From the IMG/VR virus record IMGVR_UViG_3300008113_005947, positions 1 through 64,000 of that record: a stretch of 64,000 bases of DNA. The stretch is one strand, 5' to 3'. The notes below the pieces were generated by a model. That model had not been told where the DNA came from. It made no database searches and saw nothing but the letters and a program-made list of their open reading frames with translations. Both the position numbers and the translations under genes were made by a program. This stretch comes from a virus. Of the stretch, positions 28,461 through 40,300 are shown in pieces; the stretch's first letter is position 1; each line of letters starts with the position of its first letter.

Positions 28461-30790
28461 TATAACACACAACTTTCGCAATATTCATCTTCATCGGGCT
28501 CCTTGATAGGTTGAAAGTAAACTACATTGTTTGCTTCTTCCTGTAGACTTGCTTTACTACCCACTTTATTAATCAAACTATAATAGATAGTTTTAATTCC
28601 CCATTTGTATGCAAGCATTAGATTCTTAGCAATCACTGTTCCGGGTACTTTACCTTCAGCAAAGTATGCAGGATTGTAAAAAGTGTTAGTACTTAGACTT
28701 TGGTCAATGTATACTGCCAACACTGCTGATGTTTTCAAATACTCTACACAATCTTTTTGATCCCACATCAATTGATAGCGATTCTTTAAACGTCTGTACT
28801 CTGGCACGACTTGTACAAACGAACCAGCCTTTGATTCCTTTACAGAAATCAATTCCATCGGCATTTCAATTCCGTTGGTGGAGTTTAACACAACTGAACT
28901 GGATTCGACCGGTGCCACGGCCATTAAAGTTGCATTACGAATGCCATACTTCAATAATTTTTCACGTAGACTTTCCCAATCCATACTAGGACTAAAGTCT
29001 GTCAATTCATTAACACCTTTGCTTCTACGTTCCCAGGGGAATATACCCTGACCATAGAATGTGTGTTGACTACGTTGACATGCACCTCGTTCTTGTGCTA
29101 GTTCTACGCTTGTTTCAGTTAGATAGTATGCTTGATGTTCCATCCAACGTTTTACTTCTGCTAATGCTTCTGGCGTGCCGTATTTGTAACTACGCTTTGC
29201 ATGCCAGTATGCTAAATTTGTAACCCCTACACCAAGAGGTTCGAAATCTAAGTTAGCTAACTTACTCTGAACACTGAGGAAGTCTTGGTAGCTAAGGAGA
29301 TTACTTAAACTTCTGACTAATACTCTACATGCCTTACGCATTTCTTGGGGAGTTTTAAACGCACCCCAGTTCACACTGCCTAATGTACATAATGCAATGC
29401 GACCTGCCTCGTCTTCAATACGTTGAAAAGGTTTTGTAGGTAATAGTATTTCTTGGCATAAGTTACTCTGATAAATCGGATCAAGTTTAGTATCAAACGG
29501 ACCCTGATTAATTACGTTATCAATGAATACTAGATAGATACGACCGGTGTCAGTACGTTCTTTTAGTATTCCATTTTTAAATATTTCTACTGCGGGCAAC
29601 ACTTTCTTTTTGATGCCGCGCTTATTTTCATACATTGTATAAAGTTTTTCAAATTCTTCACTGTCACGATAATATGCTTCATATAAGTCTGGTACATCAT
29701 GTGGATCAAACAATGTAATGTTTTCATTCTTAGCAAAACGATTAAAGAACATTTTGTTGACTACAACACTGTAATCCATTTGACGCACACGTGTTTCTTC
29801 TGTACCTTGATTGTTCTTTAATACAATCAAATCTTCAAACTGATAGTGCCATACTGGGAATGTAACTGTGCAACTAGCATTACGCACACCACCTTGACTG
29901 CAACTACGCAAGTCACCAAACCATTTCTTTAAGAAAGGAATCATACCAGTATGCTTAATCTCACCATTACGAATGGGTGCACCTAGTGGGCGAATGCGAC
30001 CAATCTCTAATCCTATGCCAGCACGTTTACTAGCATACTTTGCCATCATTTCTCCGGCAGCGAATATACTGTCAAGTGTATCATCGCTAGAAATAAGTAC
30101 ACAGCTAGAAAACTGCTTAGTAGTAGTGCCAAGACCAGCGAGAACGGGGGTAGCAAGAGTAAAGTGGCCATCACTTGCACATTCGTAATATTCTTTGACA
30201 TACTTTAATCTCTTTTCTTTTGGTTCATTGTGGAAAGCAGTGGCGGCTGCTATCGCATACCTTACTTGAGGACTTTCATATAATTGACCAGTAGCACGGT
30301 TCTGCACCAAGTACTTTTCTGCTAATTGTGCGATAGCCGCATAAGTGTAATTTTCGTCCTTGCTGTGGTCAATAAACAAATCAATGATATCCCATTCATC
30401 CTTTGTATACCAATCTAATAATTCACTAGTGTACATACTAGCGTCAACGTTAGTTTTGACAATATCATAAAGTGGGGGAGGAGTGTATGTGCCGTATACG
30501 CTTTTACGTAGCATTGACACTTTCTGACGTCCTGCTACATATTGATAATTAACATTGTTAATGTCAGGGTTCTCTGTTTCATCAATCAAATTTACCATTG
30601 CTTTAAGCAATAGTTCGTCAATTGTTTCAGTGCTTATTCCATCATGTAATTCGATTTGTGCTTTAATCTCAATCATACTTGGACTAACGTTATCTATGCC
30701 CTTGCAATCATGTGCTACTTGTCTCTGTATTTTTGCTATATCTAGTGGTACGCTTTCACCACTTCGTTTAACTACATTAATATTGTTCAT
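28460..30790 (-). CDS. nrdA: Ribonucleotide reductase class Ia alpha subunit with ATP cone
   Basis: VVKRSG ATP cone, ATPVL, QFSSC, SCSQGGVR, SNLCQEI, ALCTL, KTIYY, C-terminal CESC. Confidence 0.97.
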   Translation of the reverse strand: MNNINVVKRSGESVPLDIAKIQRQVAHDCKGIDNVSPSMIEIKAQIELHDGISTETIDELLLKAMVNLIDETENPDINNVNYQYVAGRQKVSMLRKSVYGTYTPPPLYDIVKTNVDASMYTSELLDWYTKDEWDIIDLFIDHSKDENYTYAAIAQLAEKYLVQNRATGQLYESPQVRYAIAAATAFHNEPKEKRLKYVKEYYECASDGHFTLATPVLAGLGTTTKQFSSCVLISSDDTLDSIFAAGEMMAKYASKRAGIGLEIGRIRPLGAPIRNGEIKHTGMIPFLKKWFGDLRSCSQGGVRNASCTVTFPVWHYQFEDLIVLKNNQGTEETRVRQMDYSVVVNKMFFNRFAKNENITLFDPHDVPDLYEAYYRDSEEFEKLYTMYENKRGIKKKVLPAVEIFKNGILKERTDTGRIYLVFIDNVINQGPFDTKLDPIYQSNLCQEILLPTKPFQRIEDEAGRIALCTLGSVNWGAFKTPQEMRKACRVLVRSLSNLLSYQDFLSVQSKLANLDFEPLGVGVTNLAYWHAKRSYKYGTPEALAEVKRWMEHQAYYLTETSVELAQERGACQRSQHTFYGQGIFPWERRSKGVNELTDFSPSMDWESLREKLLKYGIRNATLMAVAPVESSSVVLNSTNGIEMPMELISVKESKAGSFVQVVPEYRRLKNRYQLMWDQKDCVEYLKTSAVLAVYIDQSLSTNTFYNPAYFAEGKVPGTVIAKNLMLAYKWGIKTIYYSLINKVGSKASLQEEANNVVYFQPIKEPDEDEYCESCVL

Positions 30791-31236
30791 TGTACACCTT
30801 GAATTTTTTGTTTTATTTTTGATACGTCTACGTGACGTTTGATGGTAAAATCGCTTAGTGTATTACTTAGTACCGTATTCGGCCAGTAATTAAGTACATA
30901 TTTTGCACGGTCAACTAGGACTAATACCACATCATTGCCCGTTTTATCTGTTGCTTCAACCAATTCTATATCATCTATATCTGTTAGAAGTAAAGTATAA
31001 CATATTCCTAATGCTTTTGCAATAGAACAATAGGTATTTTCTACCAAAAGTTCCCAAGGATCAGGCCATATATGACTATCTAAAATATGCAAATGGTGAT
31101 TAACTAATGGGGCCTGTTGCCAAAAACTGTCTATTAAAATACACTTATCTAGTGTGTTTAATTTTTCGGCTTTCGTTCTTAAATCATGCCAACTTTGCAG
31201 TCTGGATTCATAATTATGTTGAAATATATTAAACAC
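30787..31236 (-). CDS. Hypothetical protein
   Basis: Intact ORF coupled to nrdA. WPDPWELL...YC..AKALG..YTL (possibly transglutaminase/cysteine-protease-like). Confidence 0.55.
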   Translation of the reverse strand: MFNIFQHNYESRLQSWHDLRTKAEKLNTLDKCILIDSFWQQAPLVNHHLHILDSHIWPDPWELLVENTYCSIAKALGICYTLLLTDIDDIELVEATDKTGNDVVLVLVDRAKYVLNYWPNTVLSNTLSDFTIKRHVDVSKIKQKIQGVQ

Positions 31237-31947
31237 TTACCACTCTAATTTGTCGTTTCTTTTTGTTGTTCTACCTTCAAATGGTCTAGCGGCAATTGTA
31301 GTATCTGCTTTGTCACTCATAATGTCGTATGCATATACACCCTGATGTGTGATAGTGAATAAATCTGCTCTCATCATAATATCTAAAGGGGCACAAATAC
31401 CAAACTTTAAAACATGACTCAATAGATTTTTTGCCATAGACGGATCAATAGCGTATGCATGGGCACGACAAATAAATAGGTAGTTATGTCCTTCACTAGC
31501 GTGTGGGGGTATGGGATATATTTTCCAACCTTGGTGCGTCCACTCGCTACCACCTAGATATACAATTGTGTTATAGCTTTGCATCTCCTCAAACTTTTTA
31601 ATCATAACTGCGTCATGTTCTAGTATGACTATAGGTTTATCAATATTGGCGCAGTGTTCCCATAAACTAATGTGACTTAATGCACATGCCACTTCACCAC
31701 GTGTTAAATAGTGGTCAGTGATTTTCATCATGTTCATTAGTTTATCATTTTTTAAATGCTCTGGAGCTGTAATCACACCGGGGGTTCCGATACCATTATA
31801 TGCTTCCCAAACAGTATACGGCATGCCAATTTGACTGCAACTTTCTTGGCATCTGGCGCTGTACATTTCACTGTTCTTGTTACCTTTAACAGTAATTATG
31901 TAAGCATTCTCTACTTGTGTAGTATTGGTTCTAAATAAATTTAACAT
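31237..31947 (-). CDS. Glycosyltransferase family 25 (LPS/LOS galactosyltransferase-like)
   Basis: GEVACALSHISLW, VILEHDA, AHAYAI.P..AK.LL, PLD. Confidence 0.85.
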   Translation of the reverse strand: MLNLFRTNTTQVENAYIITVKGNKNSEMYSARCQESCSQIGMPYTVWEAYNGIGTPGVITAPEHLKNDKLMNMMKITDHYLTRGEVACALSHISLWEHCANIDKPIVILEHDAVMIKKFEEMQSYNTIVYLGGSEWTHQGWKIYPIPPHASEGHNYLFICRAHAYAIDPSMAKNLLSHVLKFGICAPLDIMMRADLFTITHQGVYAYDIMSDKADTTIAARPFEGRTTKRNDKLEW

Positions 31948-32549
31948 ATTTTTTCAAAAGCTGTTTGCCATGGATCAGGAACTTTAATTGGTTTGACGTT
32001 ATGCCAATTGCATTGTATAAAACTTTCAATAGCCATTCTTGGAGCCATTTGTGCAGATTCAGTGCCGTTCTTATCTTTAAATTTCCAAACAGTAGCATCA
32101 TCACACAACATAACTCCACCAGGAACTAGTAGTTTAAACGCTAGTACTAAATCTGTCAATACTCCGGCTGCCCTATGGTCACCGTCAATGTAAATTAATT
32201 GGGCCCTAACGCCACGATTGATTAAATCAATTAATCCATCTTCACTATGCTTGCGGATATATTCTACATTCTTATGTTTGCATTCGTTCAAATTATATGT
32301 GAAGTTGTTATGTATAACTAGAGGATCTTCACTCATATCATTACTGCCCACATGAGGATCGACAGCATAGATTTTAAGATTAGGATTGTGTGGCGTTAGG
32401 TTATCTGCTACCCAAAAAGTTGTATTACCTTCAAAGACACCTACTTCAATATAAGTTTCAGGTAATCCATATATGTTTATGAGATGGGCGATGTTCTGCA
32501 TAGAGCCCGCCCCACCACAACTAAAATCCATTGTGATTCTATATGACAT
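31941..32549 (-). CDS. Class I SAM methyltransferase (Methyltransf_24-like)
   Basis: IEVGVFEG, AVDP, IYIDGDH, LLVPGGVMLCDD. Confidence 0.9.
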   Translation of the reverse strand: MSYRITMDFSCGGAGSMQNIAHLINIYGLPETYIEVGVFEGNTTFWVADNLTPHNPNLKIYAVDPHVGSNDMSEDPLVIHNNFTYNLNECKHKNVEYIRKHSEDGLIDLINRGVRAQLIYIDGDHRAAGVLTDLVLAFKLLVPGGVMLCDDATVWKFKDKNGTESAQMAPRMAIESFIQCNWHNVKPIKVPDPWQTAFEKIC

Positions 32550-34327
32550 TAACGACCTAGTCCACCAAAGTTTGTAGTATCGTCATTGCTAGTTAATTTC
32601 AATGGTTGTTGAAGTTTATCTTCTACTACCTTTTCGTACTCGCTAAAATCTATACGACCAGGCTTATGTACTTGAATCAAATATTTTGTACTAACTGCAA
32701 CATTATTAAAATGATTCAATGCATAGTTAAGTTCTTCTTGTCCTATTTCTCTGCTACGTAGTCTTTCTTGCCAAGGTTTAGTATAATCAAATTGCATATC
32801 GCAAATTTCAATATCAACATCTTGTTCAAATGCAGTAGCACTCTCAGTACCTTCTGTTTGTAATTTTTCCAACAACATGCGTTTATTAAACATGTTAAAC
32901 ATGCCCATAGTAATTACACGCTTATGGTCTGGATCATCTAATGCAGTATCACTACGCCAGTGTGGACTTTGTACTTCCCAAATAGCGCCATTGTGACTGA
33001 TACGATACATTTCTTTCATTGCCTTGATAAAGTCACTGCTAGTGTCACCCAGATGTTCTATAATATCTTTAGCAACAATATGGTCAAATTCATTATCTTC
33101 AAAAGGCCAAGGGAAACTATTCAAATCAACAATCTTATCTGGTTTTACTGTAGGACTAATGTCAACATTAACAAATCCATCAATTTTCTTAAGACCACAT
33201 CCCAAATTCAATCGTTTAGGTACACGATCCTCATCAGGCATATCAATATGTTGTAGATTGAATTTTTCTTCTAATTCTGTATACAATGTTTGAAATGTAT
33301 CGTTCCACTTACTTTTAGTTGTTTGTCTAAACAGTCTAACTGTTTCATAGTAAGGTGATCCGCGATTCTCAGGACTCTTATATGTCCATGTGTGATAAGG
33401 TAGTACGGGTACTAGTACCCAAGTTTCTTTACCCATACCAGCCGCAATGTGTGCAATACTTGTACAACTTGTGATAACAATATCCAAATTACTGATTGCT
33501 GCCATTGTATCTTCCCAACTAATTAAGAAGTGTTGTAAGTCAGTTACTCCTGCAGGCAAACTGATTAGGTTATGATCCTTTTGTAAACTATAGATTTGTA
33601 GTTCGGGATACTTTGCCAAGTTAGTGATGAAGTTCTCTGGGAAGCGTCTAAACTGTTGATGTTCAAACTTTGGATTACCTGCCCAACGAATGCCAACTTT
33701 AATCTTGTCACTGTTAATCATGCTCTTCCAAATCTCAACACTATCACTGCGTGGTGTTAAGTATGGTTTGCTTGGGAAGTTATCAAATGTATGACCTGAC
33801 ACCCATCCAGCACTAAAGCCTGGCACCCAGTAATCGTGTGATACAGTACTTGCTTGGTTGCGTAATATAACTTTATCTACGCCTTCAATACGTTCAAATA
33901 CACTTACTAATTCTGGTGCAGCCGCAATATAAACTTTATCTGCACCGTTGTTCTTAAAGCTAGTCGCAAAACGACTGTGAATAATTTCATCACCATAACC
34001 ACCTTCTAGTGATACGATAATGCTTTTACCTTTAATACTATGTTGGTCTGGATTAAAAATTGGTGCGTCTGTACGCAATGGTGGGCTACCATATACATTT
34101 AGAAAACGTCCATTTTCTAAATACTGACAACCTTTTTGATATTCTCCGTCTTGTATTAAGAACCAACCTCTATTAAAACAATGACGCATCCAAATGTCTT
34201 GGGTGTTTTTACCATTCGGGTCAAGAATCTTTTCAGGTCCGATATTTTCTAGTTTGTCACTTAATACTCTTGCTTCTTCGTGTCTGCCCTCTAACTGGAG
34301 CTTCAACATCTCATCTATTTCATGCAT
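32549..34327 (-). CDS. GT9-like (GT-B) glycosyltransferase fused to a C-terminal methyltransferase
   Basis: EGGYGDEI, VGIRWAGNP, SLQ, DTMAAISNLDIVITSCTSIAHIAAGMG, SPYY...RLFRQ, then LNLGCG...NVD...FPWPF...IIEHL...EMYRI. Confidence 0.85.
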   Translation of the reverse strand: MHEIDEMLKLQLEGRHEEARVLSDKLENIGPEKILDPNGKNTQDIWMRHCFNRGWFLIQDGEYQKGCQYLENGRFLNVYGSPPLRTDAPIFNPDQHSIKGKSIIVSLEGGYGDEIIHSRFATSFKNNGADKVYIAAAPELVSVFERIEGVDKVILRNQASTVSHDYWVPGFSAGWVSGHTFDNFPSKPYLTPRSDSVEIWKSMINSDKIKVGIRWAGNPKFEHQQFRRFPENFITNLAKYPELQIYSLQKDHNLISLPAGVTDLQHFLISWEDTMAAISNLDIVITSCTSIAHIAAGMGKETWVLVPVLPYHTWTYKSPENRGSPYYETVRLFRQTTKSKWNDTFQTLYTELEEKFNLQHIDMPDEDRVPKRLNLGCGLKKIDGFVNVDISPTVKPDKIVDLNSFPWPFEDNEFDHIVAKDIIEHLGDTSSDFIKAMKEMYRISHNGAIWEVQSPHWRSDTALDDPDHKRVITMGMFNMFNKRMLLEKLQTEGTESATAFEQDVDIEICDMQFDYTKPWQERLRSREIGQEELNYALNHFNNVAVSTKYLIQVHKPGRIDFSEYEKVVEDKLQQPLKLTSNDDTTNFGGLGR

Positions 34328-34361
34328 GTTTTTCCTCTTTTATAAAGTAATGTAGATACAC

Positions 34362-34369
34362 TACTTATT
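34362..34369 (-). promoter_or_regulatory. Late-like promoter variant (AATAAGTA) upstream of the GT9 gene
   Basis: In the 57-bp gap, followed by an AGAGG RBS and ATG 34327. Confidence 0.35.
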
Positions 34370-34384
34370 CAGGAAAAACACTGT

Positions 34385-37300
34385 TTATATATTTTTTATG
34401 AAGCCACCGCCAGTGCCACCACTACCCACTGTAGAAGGTGATGATACTACCGAAGAACCTATTTGTATTGGGCTAGACACATATACAGCATAACTATTTG
34501 TTCCGGATTGATGTAAATCGTTTCTTCCCCAGAAGTATAATGCATTGTTAGTATCAGTAATCAAACTGAATTCATTACCTGCACGAACTTGTGTCCAGCT
34601 ACCGGAAGCTACTACTACTGGACTACTATTTATTATTCCAGTTAAACCAGTATTCACTTGCACCGGGCTTGATTTATTTACAGTGGTATTATCACCCATC
34701 CCTCCGTATGTATTAAATCCCCAAAGCCATATTTGTGAGAATTTATCTATATAACCACCAACGTTGCCGCTTTGTGCTATACTAACAACATTACCTGATG
34801 CTGTTATTTGTACTGGACTACTGCGATATATCGTAGTATTATCACCTAATTCTCCTTGAAGATTATAGCCCCATGCCCATAAGTTATTATTGATATCTAT
34901 AGCAAATGCATTCTCTACATTAGTACCTTTAGATACTACTTGTTTAAATAAACTTGAACTTGCTACTTGTACTGGACTACTTCTACGAACAGTATTGTTA
35001 TCACCTACACCCCCGTTTTGACCAAGACCTGTAGCAAATATTTGTCCAGTAGCTCTTAAAAGATATATGTTATTGATGCTAGCTGCCACTTGTATATGCT
35101 TTTCAGTACCAATTTGATATGGACTACTTCTATCAATAGTAGTGTTGTCTCCCAACTGACCGTAAATATTTCTACCCCAAGACCAGGCTATGTTATCAGT
35201 ATCAAGTGCAACGGTGAAGCCACTATCGCTAACTGCAACTTGCAACCAACGTTTACTTGCAAATACTTGTACTGGGCTACTGCGTGATATAATAGTGGCA
35301 TCACCCAATTGACCAGCACTATTATCACCCCATGCCCACAATGTATTATCTGGTTTAATTGCAAAAACAAAAGTTTGTACATAAGTCGCGGCACAGACTG
35401 ATGCCCAAGAACCTGGTATTTGTACAGGGCTACTTCTAGCAATTCTATCTCCCTGTACTAATTGTCCTGCGGCGTTTTGGCCCCAGGCCCATAATGTATA
35501 ATTTGTTTTAATAGCATAAGTAGCGCCTGCTGTGGCGTAACTAGCGCAGTCAACTATAATCCAGCTTCCGCCACCGGATACCTGTACAGGACTACTACGT
35601 GTTATTGTAGTGTTATCTCCCAATACTCCATAATTGTTATAGCCGGTAGCCCATAATGTTCCGTCGTTTCTAATTGCATGTCTGACATAGCCACCACCAC
35701 CACTGCCGCCACTATATTGCCATCCTGCATTATTACCAGCACCAATACCAATTGGCATAGGATTTACTCCGGCTGAACTTCCCCATCCAAATAGTCTACT
35801 ATCTCTAGTTATGCCTAATGTATGACTATAACCAGCACTAACTTGTGACCAACTACTATTGCCTATTTGATTTATCCCTGCTATATAAGTTTGACTTAAG
35901 CCGCCAACAGTTATAGGTGTACTTGTTGTTGTCACCGTTGAGTTATCAGCTAATTGACCAAGACCGTCAGTTCCCCAGACATATAATAGACCATCAGTTT
36001 TCAGAGCCGTTACATAGGACGCTCCCACGCCCACCGTAATAAAACTTAAACCTATTGTAGTTCTAAGTTTGTTAGGATATATGAATGGATTTTGGCCTAC
36101 AGTATTAATTTGTACTGGGCCAGCAATTAATCCAGTAGTATTATTTCCTATATTACCTACTGGATTATTTCCCCATGCAAATAATAATCCATCACTTCTT
36201 ATAGCACTTACATAAATTGCATCATAATATGCAGTAGGCGTTCTACCTACAATTGGATAGGTATTATAGTTTGCAATTTTTGCGACTGATACTGCAATCC
36301 AGCTACTTGTTCCTATTTGCACAGGACTACTGCGATATATTGTAGTATTATTACCTAATTGACCATTGGGGCCATTATTTCCCCAAGCCCATAATGTAAA
36401 ATCTGCTTTAATAGCAAATGTTGTGCCACCACCAGTTGATACTGCAATCCAGCTACTTGTTCCTATTTGTACAGGACTAGAATAAAAAGCAAACGTATTT
36501 GCTGTATACACTGAATCAAGTTGAACTGGGCTACTTTTTGACACAACCGTGTTATCTCCGAGTTGACCCGTAAGACCATTGCCCCATACAAACAATCTGT
36601 TAGTAGTACCATCATTCAATAGACCGATAGCAACACCATTATTACCAGTACCAGACCCGATAGATACCCAACTACTTGTACCTATTTGCACAGGACTACT
36701 ACGTGTGATTGTAGTGCCATCACCTAGCTGACCAACATTACCAAGTCCCCAAGACCATATTGTACCAGTTGTTGTTCTAGCTATGTATGAGCCGGCGCTA
36801 CTAAAAATTGATACAATTTGTGTAAAGGAATACCCGGACATAATTTGCACTGGACTACTACGATACAATAGATGATTTGAATCATCTCCAAATTCTCCAT
36901 AATTATTCCATCCACCTATGTTGTATAATTGTCCTAATGTATTAATTGCGGCTTTAGTATATACTGCTATTGCTACACTACTCCAATTATTATTAGAACC
37001 AATTTGCACAGGGCTACTACGTGATACGGTAGTACCATCGCCTAATTGACCATACGTGTTATCACCCCATGCCCACAATGTACCATCAGTTTTTATTGCG
37101 AGTACACCTTGCGTCCCGGCGCCTTGTCCACCTTGGGCGGCAGCAGTAGTCCAGCTACCTAAAATTTGTACTGGTCTACTACGTGATATAGTATCATTTT
37201 GACCCAATTGTCCGTATAAATTTTGACCCCACGCCCACAATGTGTTGTCATCCATTATAGCTATCTGCATTGCTCCAGAATCTGCACCAACACTAAATAT

Positions 37301-40300
37301 CTGCGTCCAACTTGTACCATTAGTACCTATTTGCACAGGACTACTACGAGCGATAGTAGTACCATCACCAAATTGACCTACGTTACTATTTCTACCACCT
37401 ATAGAAATTAAAAATCCCTTTGTAGTAATAGCAAATACTGCGATGCCGCCGTCATTGGTCGGAGTACCACTAGATGCTAAAACATACGATGTAGTAGCAC
37501 TTAATTGTACAGGGCTACTACGATTTAATGTATCATTTAATCCAAGTGCTCCTGTCAGATTTCTGCCCCATACGTAAAGTAAATTGTTTCTTATAGCTGT
37601 AGAAATAGTACCGGCTACAGCATAACTCCAAGTATCACTACCCATTTGTACTGGACTACTGCGGCTTATTGTTGTATTATCACCTAATTGCCCATATGAA
37701 TTATTTCCCCATGTCCATACTGTACCATCTGTTGCTAAAGCTAATGTATACTGGCCAGTACCAGATCCGTCTTGACTTCCCATTGTAGCCATAATCCAAC
37801 TATTAGCCGTTCCTACTTGTACCGGGCTACTACGGCGTATTGTTGTATTAGTACCTAATTCTCCTTGAGTATTTTCTCCGCATACATATAACTTACCTAA
37901 AATGTCAATCATTCTAAAGCCTTCACCGGCCGCTATAAAAGTAAAACTACTAGTAGTCATAATTTGAATCGGGCTTGATTTATTAACAAAGGTGTTATCA
38001 CCCAGCTGTCCATTATTATTAAGTCCCCATACAAATAATTGACCTAATTTGTTTATAGCTGCCATACCACCTAAACTATTGCCACCAGATACAGCAAGTT
38101 TTGACCAAATTGCTAATGCACCTATTTGTACAGGGCTACTACGATTTACTGTAGTGCCATCACCTACTTGCCCAAATGAATTGCTTCCCCAACCCCATAA
38201 GGTGCCATCTATTCGTATGGCATGGGCGCAGCCTGCGGCAGCACTAATCACAAGCCAACTACTAGTACCTACTTGTACTGGGCTACTACGTGATATAATA
38301 TCATTTTGACCTAGCTGGAGACCTGCTCCCCAGGCCCAAATACTACCATCATACCTTAATCCCATAGTAAGTGCGTTACCTGCAGATATATCTTTCCATA
38401 TGTTAGGATTTAAAATTTGTACTGGTTGACTGCGATTTATAGTTGTACCATCACCTAATTGACCCTGGTTATTATAACCCCATGACCATAAATTATATGA
38501 AGTATCAATAGCTAGTTTATGCCCAGTACTAGTGTAATTTGTAGATGCTAATTGTAACCAACTACCACCCACTTGTACAGGATTACTTCTGTTAATAGTA
38601 TCATTCTGACCTAATTGTCCGTATACATTACCACCCCATACATATAATTGTTTTGTTGAGTTAAGAATGTACCCGCCGGAATTGTAGTCACGCAAAGTAT
38701 CACCGGCAACTATACCTAAGCTACCAAAATAATTGCTTCCCCAACCCCATAATGTACCGTCTGGTTTAATACCAAAACTATTTCTAGCTCCAGCTGAAAT
38801 CACACTCCAACTACTTGTGCCTATTTGCGTTGGACTGCTTATTAAATTATTTGATGTAGCGGCTATTACAGTAAAATCAAAATCCACTGCAACAGGCCAT
38901 GATTGATTAGTGGTGATTCCTATTACACCTACTGGTGGATTGCCCCATGCAAATAATTGTCCATCTGGTGCAATAGCATGAGATTTTAAATATCCTGCAC
39001 TAACATATGACCATTCATTTCCACCAACACCTACATAAAAATTATTTGCAGCCACTCCACCAATAGTTGAAACTTGTACAGGGCTACTGCGATTAGATAA
39101 TGATGAGTCACCTAGTTGACCACTAGTGTTTAATCCCCAAGCCCATAATGTATTATCTGCACGTATTGCTACATTATGTGATAACCCTGCAGATATCATT
39201 TTCCATGAAGGTAGCATTATCAAAGTACCAACTTGTACTGGACTACTACGGCTAATTGTGGTATTATCACCCAGTTGACCTACAGCATTAATACCCCAAG
39301 TCCATATTGTGTTGTCTTGTCTGAGTGCCATTGTGTGAGAGCCACCTACGGATATCTGAGTCCAACTACTTGTACCTATTTGTATTGGACTGCTACGATT
39401 TAATGTATCGCCAAAGCCAAGTTGACCCACTGCATTATTTCCCCAAGTCCATAATCTACCTACAGTGTCAATAGCACCTACGTGCAATGCTCCAGTAGTA
39501 ATTAATGTATTTGTTCCTATGCTTGTAGGTAAGACTGTAAAGCTAAACCCTGTAAGAATCTGTACGGGACTACTACGATTAATTGTAGTGTTATCTCCTA
39601 ACTGTCCATTGGCATTATATCCCCATGCATATAGTTGACCTGATGTATTAATTGCGTATGTTGTCGCTCCCGCAATGACTCTAAACCAATTAGCTAATGC
39701 ACCTATTTGTACTGGGCTTGATTTTGAATTAACCGTATTGTCACCTAAACCACCTACATTATTGTATCCCCAACCCCATAGTGTACCATCTGTTCTGATA
39801 CCTAGCATGTTGCTATGACCTATAGTCACTGATGTCCAGCTACCTGCTAGTTGTACAGGGCTACTACGATTTATCGTGTCACCAAAGCCTAATTGACCTG
39901 CAGTATTAAGACCCCAAACAAACAATCTACGTGAAGAAGTAATTGCGTACCCTACGCCATCTGCTGAGTTAGTACCAGTCTCAACGTATATTTCAGGTGC
40001 AGTATTATTGCCTAACTGACTTGTAGTATTTTCTCCCCAACCATATAATAGACCTTGGGTATTCAATGCAAAGGCATGATAATTTCCTGCAATTACTTGA
40101 TTGAAACTGGTTGTATTATTAATTTTATTAGGTACTGCTGTGTACAAAATAGATGATGTACCTATTTGTACAGGACTACTTCTTGTGATTGTAGTACCAT
40201 CACCAAGTTGGCCGTTAGAATTAATCCCAAACGCATCAAGCATGTAATTTGATTTTAACGCTAACCCAAAAGTTGAGCCAAAAGTAAATGTACCTATCTG

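Noticed and set aside
27145-30790. Introns, inteins or homing endonuclease in nrdA/nrdB
   Set aside because: Both genes are uninterrupted and of normal length. The small intervening ORF has no HNH, GIY-YIG or LAGLIDADG motif.
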